Assembly: GCA_963778655.1 (NCBI GenBank)
Contig: CAVZVA010000010.1
Location: forward strand, 448,001 to 512,000
From: an uncultured delta proteobacterium
Lineage (GTDB): Bacteria > Myxococcota_A > Polyangia > Polyangiales > JAFGIB01
DNA: 64,000 nt
Reading direction: 5' to 3'
Shown: positions 58,253-64,000 of the stretch, in pieces
Position numbering within the stretch: position 1 is the first letter of the stretch
Layout of the letters: each line of letters begins with the position of its first letter
Made by a program: the position numbers and the translations under genes
Notes under the pieces: model-generated
Told to the model about the DNA's origin: nothing
Seen by the model: only the letters and a program-made list of their open reading frames with translations
The model's database searches: none

Positions 58253-58423
58253 CTAGAGCACCGAACATATTGAAACGTGTGCGAAGTCGGGGTCATGGCG
58301 GGATGCAGGGTACGGGCGGGAGCCCGAAGGCGTAGTCCATCCTACGTCGAGCGGGCAGCGCGCGTGCCCTGCGCCCGCGAGGGCGCCGAAATCGTGCGTG
58401 TTTCAATATGTTCGGTACTCTAG
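58253..58423. mobile_element. MITE-like element family 1, copy 4 (same orientation as copy 2)
   Basis: 171 bp, CTAG at both ends, terminal repeat with one mismatch. Confidence 0.85.
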
Positions 58424-58467
58424 GAGCTAAGCACGGTCGAGGCCGCAGCAAGCCCGTAGCGTACGGC

Positions 58468-58704
58468 TCAGTCGTTCGTCGCCCCGGCCGAGATCCAGGC
58501 CCGAATGGTGGCGGTGCCGCTGAGCGCGGCCTTGCCCTGAGGCATGGCCGGGGCGCAGCCACCGCTGTGCTCGAGCGCCTGCACCAGCACGCTCGCATCC
58601 AGATTGCCTGCAACCACGCGCTGTTGCCCGCGGCAGTTGCGTGAGCTCGCACCCACGAGGTTGGTGTAGGCGGTCGCCTCGCGAGCACGCACCTTTGCTG
58701 CCAC
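58468..58704 (-). pseudogene. Possible 3' remnant of a cytochrome c-like domain protein
   Basis: AYTNLVG..RVVAGN..MP..TIRAWISAGATND resembles such C-termini; no CxxCH or signal peptide upstream. Confidence 0.4.
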
Positions 58705-58760
58705 GTGCTCGAGCTGGAAACGCCGCTGCGCAGCCGTGCTGCACAGCGCGTGGCGAATGA

Positions 58761-59591
58761 TCAGGCGAACGTCATCTTGCCCTGATCGAGCACCACGTCC
58801 CCGCGATCATTGGTGGTCTGGAAGATGCACACCGAGCCGTCGACCCACATCGAGATGGTCAGCGTCTCACCCGGAAACACGGGCTTGGAAAAGCGCCCCT
58901 CCATCGACTTGAAGCGCGCCGGGTCGGAGCCGCACAGCGTGTGCAGCAACGCGCGGCCGGTGAAGCCGTAGGTACAGAGCCCGTGCAGAATGGGCCGTGG
59001 AAAGCCCGCCATCTTCGCGAACTCCGGATCGCTGTGGAGCGGATTGCGATCGCCGCTGAGCCGGTAGAGCAGCGCCTGCTCGGGCGCGGTCTTGTAGCTC
59101 ACGCTGTGGTCGGGCTTGCGGTCGGGCGGCACGTTGACCGGACCGGAAGGCCCGCGCTCGCCGCCGAACCCGCCGGCGCCACGGATGAACGCCGCCGAGC
59201 GCGTCTTGAACAGCGGCTCGCCGCTCTTGGCGTCGACTGCGGTGCTCTCGGTGACCACAACCGCGCCCTTGCCCTTGTCGTAGACGGCGACGATCTTGCC
59301 CGTCGCCTTGAGTGTGCCCTCGGCCGGCAGGGGGCGCGCCAGCTCCACCGCCTGTTCGCCGTGCACCAGCATCGCGGGGTTGAAGCTGCCGATCTTCTGC
59401 ATCGGCACCGCGCCCCGTGCGCCCAGCACCACCGGCATGGTGGGCAGCACCTGCTGCTTCTTTTCGGTGGTGAACTGCAGCTCGTCCAGGCCGGCGCCCA
59501 CGCCCAGCGCGTACAAGAGGCAGTCCTTGCTGGTCCAACTCCGCTCGACCGGTCCGCCGGTCGCGCCCACTGCACTCGGATCGATCGCCAT
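58761..59591 (-). CDS. MaoC-family double hotdog (R)-hydratase
   Basis: LLYALGVG, LVHGEQ, YRLSGDRNPLHSDP and ILHGLCTYG motifs; GGAGGAGG RBS. Confidence 0.92.
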   Translation of the reverse strand: MAIDPSAVGATGGPVERSWTSKDCLLYALGVGAGLDELQFTTEKKQQVLPTMPVVLGARGAVPMQKIGSFNPAMLVHGEQAVELARPLPAEGTLKATGKIVAVYDKGKGAVVVTESTAVDAKSGEPLFKTRSAAFIRGAGGFGGERGPSGPVNVPPDRKPDHSVSYKTAPEQALLYRLSGDRNPLHSDPEFAKMAGFPRPILHGLCTYGFTGRALLHTLCGSDPARFKSMEGRFSKPVFPGETLTISMWVDGSVCIFQTTNDRGDVVLDQGKMTFA

Positions 59592-59781
59592 TGCGTCCTC
59601 CTCCTGGCCAGGCTCAGGTAGGCAGGCAAAATGCGCCAGCCTTGAATCCAATTCAACCCCCGGGAACGCCCCCAGCGTTTATCGGCGCACGCTGCGATGC
59701 TGGAGCGTAGCGACCCCCGGGAGGGTGGGGCCCCAACGGGCTCGCCGGTGGGGCGGGAGGGGCGCGTGCCCCTCCCGGTAA

Positions 59782-59973
59782 CCAAATCAGAGCTCGCGGT
59801 TCGGGATCGAATCACAAACTCTGATTTCTCCTTTGATTGTCAGGGAGTCGCGCCGACTCCCTGTGCGCGGGGCAAAGCCTCGCGCATTCACCCTCTCGCG
59901 GTGGTGCGGCATCCGCCGCACCACCAAATGACCGATCGGCATGGCCGTTCCCGAATCGTGATCGGTCATTTAG
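59782..59973. mobile_element. MITE-like family 2, full 192-bp copy
   Basis: Imperfect ~25-bp terminal inverted repeats (CYAAAT...TTCGGGA) and four internal hairpins; halves recur at 31295 and 38613. Confidence 0.65.
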
Positions 59974-61094
59974 AGCTCAAAACAGGCCAGTGTCTCGAGA
60001 TGTCCCGTAAACGGGAGCAGCTCGTAGGCGAAAAGCGCCCTCAGGCGCAGGCGGCCGGCGAGCAGCACCCCCGTGTCGGCCAGAAACGAGTCGAGCCCGC
60101 AGCTGAGGTACAGCACGCGCGCTGGCGGCCGCGCGGCCAGCGCCACGCGCAGCGCCGGGTCGAGCCCCTTGCGCGGCGGGTCGGCAATCACCACCTCGGC
60201 ACCGTCGAGCAGCCCGAGCTGCTCGGCGACCGGGCCCGCGCACACCAAGGCGCGCGCTCGCAACCCGGGCGAAAGCGCGTCGATGCCCATGCGCAGCCCG
60301 CGCAGCGAGCCCTCGGCCAGCTCGTTGAAACGCACGCGCCGGGCGCGCGGCAGCAGCGAGAGCCCAATCGCGCCGGTGCCCGCGTACAGCTCGAGCAGCT
60401 CCGCGCCGTCCGGAACCAGCTGTCCGATCTGCTCGACGATGCGCTCGTAGAGCGCGAGGTTGCCCTGTGCGAAGGCATCGGGCGGAAAGAACACCTCGGC
60501 GCCTGCTATGCGCTCGTGCAGTGCGTCCGGACCGCTCACCTTCTCGCAGCGCGGGCCGAGGATGGTGTTGGTGCGCGCGGTGTTGGCACTAAAGAACAGG
60601 CCGTTCAGGCGCGTCCCCAGCAGCGCCTGCACCCGCGAGAACAGCGGCAGCAGCGGTGTCACCGTCTCGCAATTGGCGGCCAGCACCAGCTGCGCGGTGC
60701 CCGTCGCGCGCTCGACCGCCACCTGCGCGTAGCGCAGCAGCCCGCGGTGGGGGCCCTCGGCGTAAGGCTCGACGTGGAGCTCGCGCACGGCCTGCTTGAG
60801 CACGGCCGCCACCTCGTTGATCAGCGGATGGTGCACCAGACAACTCGGGATGTCGGCAATGCGGTGGCTGCCCAGCTGGAAGATGCCGAGCTTGGGCGAG
60901 CTCGAGCGCCCGCGCAGCGCCAGCCGCGCGCGCAGTCTGTAGCCGCGCGCCTCGGGCGCCGGCACGGCCTGCAGCGCCACGCCGTGCTGCGCCGCGAAGC
61001 GCGCCAGCGCCGCGTACGCGGGGCCCGCCTGCAGCGGCTCGCCGAAGCGCGGGCAGCCGGGGCACGGCGGCCGGTGCGGGCAGCGCAGGCTCAT
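59970..61094 (-). CDS. RNA m5U methyltransferase (TrmA/RlmD family)
   Basis: Fe-S Cys CPH..CPGC, AFAQGN, ELYAGTG, DPPRKG, YLSC and PFTGHLE motifs. Confidence 0.88.
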   Translation of the reverse strand: MSLRCPHRPPCPGCPRFGEPLQAGPAYAALARFAAQHGVALQAVPAPEARGYRLRARLALRGRSSSPKLGIFQLGSHRIADIPSCLVHHPLINEVAAVLKQAVRELHVEPYAEGPHRGLLRYAQVAVERATGTAQLVLAANCETVTPLLPLFSRVQALLGTRLNGLFFSANTARTNTILGPRCEKVSGPDALHERIAGAEVFFPPDAFAQGNLALYERIVEQIGQLVPDGAELLELYAGTGAIGLSLLPRARRVRFNELAEGSLRGLRMGIDALSPGLRARALVCAGPVAEQLGLLDGAEVVIADPPRKGLDPALRVALAARPPARVLYLSCGLDSFLADTGVLLAGRLRLRALFAYELLPFTGHLETLACFEL

Positions 61095-61882
61095 CGCGGC
61101 TGAGCCCGCTGCGGAAACAGCAGCACCACCTGCGCGATCATGCTCGCGCCGAAGAACCACACGTTGACCGCCAGCGCCGCGAAACCGTGGATGCCCAGCG
61201 CCAGCGCGATCGCCAGCGGCCGGCCGCGCCGCAGCAACAGCAGCAGCCCGAGCGTCATCTCTCCGCCGACCGCGAGCCACGACAGCGCGCGGTTGAAGGG
61301 CAGCGAGCGCAGCAAGGGCAGCAGCGCCGACGGGTAGGGCCAGTGCGCCTGGGCCAGGTACGCGTGGCGCACCAGGAAGTGGCCGCCCGATAGAAACGCC
61401 GGGTTGAGCTTGAGCGTGGCGGTCGCGACGTAGATCCAGCCGGTCTGGAACACCAGCGCGGCGCGCACCCAGGCCGGCACGCGCGGGGCCCCGCCGGGCT
61501 CGGCCGCGGGCTCGGGCGCGCAGAACACCAGGTAGCTGCAGGTCGCCACGAAGTAAAAGAAGTCGTTGAGCCCGAAGTAGCCGAAGGCCTCGACCGCGCG
61601 CAGCGAGACCGCGCCGAGCGCGCACGGCACGATCGCGCGACCCAGCAGCAACCCGAGCTCGCACGCCACGAGCCCGAGCTGCAGCGCGACCAGGCCGTGG
61701 GGTGCGCCGTGCTGGAGCGTACCGAGCCAGTCCGCACAGAACGCGGTCCCGCTCCACAGCAGGTCGCACAGGTCGTAGCACAGCCAGATCAGCGCGAAGG
61801 CGCAGCGGAAGCGCGACAGGCACGCGGCCGGTTCGTCGCGCGCGATCCAGGCGGTGAAGCGCTCACGGGCAGTCGAAGCCAT
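61091..61882 (-). CDS. HTTM-like membrane protein
   Basis: TM segments; FQTGWIYVATATLKLNPAFLSG and IHG. Confidence 0.6.
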   Translation of the reverse strand: MASTARERFTAWIARDEPAACLSRFRCAFALIWLCYDLCDLLWSGTAFCADWLGTLQHGAPHGLVALQLGLVACELGLLLGRAIVPCALGAVSLRAVEAFGYFGLNDFFYFVATCSYLVFCAPEPAAEPGGAPRVPAWVRAALVFQTGWIYVATATLKLNPAFLSGGHFLVRHAYLAQAHWPYPSALLPLLRSLPFNRALSWLAVGGEMTLGLLLLLRRGRPLAIALALGIHGFAALAVNVWFFGASMIAQVVLLFPQRAQPR

Positions 61883-62252
61883 GCTGGAAGCTTCCTCGGG
61901 GCGTCATGCAGGTGATGCTCACGCGGGTCGCGGCCTTGCGCAGGCGACAGCCCATCAGCGCCGCGTACACGTACCCGCCCGGCGCGTTGTAGACCGGGTC
62001 CCACTCGAAGGGCGCGCCGAAATCGCGGAAGTGATGATAGCCGCGGCCCACCGGCAGCGCCGGATCCCATTGCACGTCGCAGCGCGCGATCGGAATCGAG
62101 AACATGTCCCAGGAAAACGGCACGCGCACCGGCACTGCCGTGAAGGGCCGATATCCCTGCCGCACCTGGCCGAGCATCGCGTGCGCCTGGACCAGCACGA
62201 AGCTCAGCAGAAAGAGCGCGACGAACAGCGGATTTCGGCGCAGCGTGTTCAT
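61863..62252 (-). CDS. Hypothetical membrane-anchored protein
   Basis: N-terminal TM segment, FSWDMFS motif, four Cys; overlaps the next gene. Confidence 0.6.
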   Translation of the reverse strand: MNTLRRNPLFVALFLLSFVLVQAHAMLGQVRQGYRPFTAVPVRVPFSWDMFSIPIARCDVQWDPALPVGRGYHHFRDFGAPFEWDPVYNAPGGYVYAALMGCRLRKAATRVSITCMTPRGSFQHGFDCP

Positions 62253-62272
62253 GCCGCCGCCACTCCCACTCT

Positions 62273-63133
62273 TCAGGCGAGCTCGCGCGCCCAGGCGGAG
62301 CCGGTCTCCATTCCCATCGCCTGCGCCTCGGCCGCGTGCGACGGGTCCATCAGATTGCCCCCCAGACGCGCGCCCTCTTGCGCGCTCGGCGTCTTGATCG
62401 AGACCTCGCAGCCCAGCGCGTGCAGCGCCCGGACCTCGGCGGCCAGCATGCGCTCGGCGTGGCGCCCGATGCCGCGCGCGGTCGCCGCGTTGGTGGGCAT
62501 CGCGATCAGCACCCGCGCGGGGCGGTCAGGCAGCAGCAGGTCGGCGTTGGTCGAGCTGTGGACCTGGCCGTCCATGTACAGCCGGCCCTTGATCGACACC
62601 GAGGGGAACATGCCCGGCACCGCCGAGGAGGCTGCGACCGCGCGGCTCAGCGGCACGCCGGCGTGGCGATCGAAGACGCGTCGCTGCCCGGTTTCCGTGT
62701 CCACCGCCACGATCAGCATGCGCAGCTCCGGCCAGTCATCCCCCCCGATCGTGCGGCCGATGCTCGCAACCCAGGCCTGCTCGCCCTGGCGGTTGATCCC
62801 GCGCGCGAGCTGCCCGATCGCGGCGGCCTGCTCGGGGGTCGTGAGCTCCATCCCGCGCCAGAGCTTGAACACCTGACCCAGCACGACCGGGTCGAGCTTG
62901 GAGAAGCTCAACGGCGGGCCCGGCTCGACCGCCGCTGCGCCGGCATCCACGCCGTCGCGCAGCGGCAGTCTGCCGGCGGCGAGCTGGGCGCCGATGATCG
63001 CGCCCGCGGAGGTGCCCACGATCGCGTCGACCCCGCGCGGGTCGAACCCGGCTTCGGCCAGTCCCAGCGCGATCCCGAGCTCCCAGGCGACGCCGATCAC
63101 TCCACCGCCGCCCAACACCAGGACGCTGGTCAT
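62273..63133 (-). CDS. Patatin-like phospholipase
   Basis: LGGGGVIG, GTSAG, ASSAVPG and MDG motifs. Confidence 0.9.
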   Translation of the reverse strand: MTSVLVLGGGGVIGVAWELGIALGLAEAGFDPRGVDAIVGTSAGAIIGAQLAAGRLPLRDGVDAGAAAVEPGPPLSFSKLDPVVLGQVFKLWRGMELTTPEQAAAIGQLARGINRQGEQAWVASIGRTIGGDDWPELRMLIVAVDTETGQRRVFDRHAGVPLSRAVAASSAVPGMFPSVSIKGRLYMDGQVHSSTNADLLLPDRPARVLIAMPTNAATARGIGRHAERMLAAEVRALHALGCEVSIKTPSAQEGARLGGNLMDPSHAAEAQAMGMETGSAWARELA

Positions 63134-63155
63134 CGCTTTGAAGGCTCCAGGCGGC

Positions 63156-64000
63156 TCAGCCCAACCGCTCGATAATGGTGCAGTTCGCGGTGCCGCCGCC
63201 CTCGCAGATCGCGAGCAGGCCGAAACGCCCGTCGCGGCGCTCCAGCTCGTGCAACAGCGTGGTCATGAGCTTGGCGCCGGTCGCGCCCAGCGGATGGCCC
63301 AGGGCCATCGCCCCACCGTTGACGTTGAGCTTGTTCTTGTCGGCGCCGAGCGCCTTGGCCCACGCCAGCGGCACAGGCGCGAACGCCTCGTTGATCTCGT
63401 AGACGTCGAAGTCCTCGAGCTTCATGCCGGCTTTGGCCAGCGCCTTGCGCGTTGCGGGAATCGGTCCTTCGAGCATGATCACCGGATCGTCTCCGACCAC
63501 GCTGAGGGTGTGGAAGCGCGCGCGCGGCACCAGCTTGTTCTCGCGCAGACCGTATTCGTTAGCGATCAGGACCGCCGCGGCGCCGTCGCAGATCTGGCTG
63601 CTGGTGGCCGCGGTGATCAGCCCGCCCGGGGTGAGCGGCTCGAGCGCCTTGGTCTTTTCGAGCGACGGCTTGAGCCGGACGCCCTCGTCGACCTCGTGCA
63701 CCGTGCGCGTGCCGTCCTCGAGCGTGACCTCGAGCGGCACGATCTCGCGGCTGAAGAAGCCTTCCTTGATGGCGCGTCCGGCCTTGACGTGGCTCAGGTA
63801 GGCGAACTCGTCGAGCTCGTCGCGGCTGAGCTCGTGCTTCTTGGCCAGCAGCTCGGCGCCGGTGAACTGACTGAAGCGCACGCCCGGGTAGCGCTTGGCG
63901 ATGCCCTCGCCGTCATAGGGTTGGCCGTGGCCTTGCTTGAGGCCGTCGATGATGTTGGAGCCGATCGGCACGCGCGTCATGCTCTCCACGCCGCCGGCCA
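63156..64000 (-). CDS. Thiolase (acetyl-CoA C-acyltransferase), 5' truncated by window edge
   Basis: GGVESM, NEAFA, GHPLGATG and CEGGG motifs. Confidence 0.93.
   Translation of the reverse strand, partial: AGGVESMTRVPIGSNIIDGLKQGHGQPYDGEGIAKRYPGVRFSQFTGAELLAKKHELSRDELDEFAYLSHVKAGRAIKEGFFSREIVPLEVTLEDGTRTVHEVDEGVRLKPSLEKTKALEPLTPGGLITAATSSQICDGAAAVLIANEYGLRENKLVPRARFHTLSVVGDDPVIMLEGPIPATRKALAKAGMKLEDFDVYEINEAFAPVPLAWAKALGADKNKLNVNGGAMALGHPLGATGAKLMTTLLHELERRDGRFGLLAICEGGGTANCTIIERLG

Noticed and set aside
18326..58423. Repeats as a CRISPR array or integron attC cassettes
   Set aside because: Copies are dispersed 7-20 kb apart in mixed orientation, with no spacers, cas genes or integrase

Overview
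High-GC bacterial DNA, probably myxobacterial, judging from a MYXO-CTERM-type tail, the mevalonate pathway, a PAS hybrid kinase and a GspC-like gene. Core genes: gshB; a mvk-mvaD-pmk-mvaA mevalonate operon; a short-chain prenyl synthase and fni; lipA with a 2-oxoacid dehydrogenase E1a/E1b/E2; recQ; lemA with an M48 protease; a P450; mutY, murB, serS; and cimA-leuA-(two genes)-leuB. The most notable part is an ~11.4 kb accessory block (6904-18309) lying between the isoprenoid genes. It encodes a large FAD oxidoreductase, a second prenyl synthase, a Zn-ribbon/class III cyclase/STAND/TPR protein, two reductases, a possible START-like protein and three unknown proteins that share a helical motif. 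Non-coding findings: four copies of a 171-bp CTAG-ended MITE-like hairpin with compensatory base changes, a second 192-bp MITE-like family (one full and two half copies), and a stray duplicate of the recQ 5' end. A thiolase is frameshifted and murB probably starts at CTG. I recognised no rRNA, tRNA, CRISPR array or transposase. All calls are from motif reading by eye; no searches were run.
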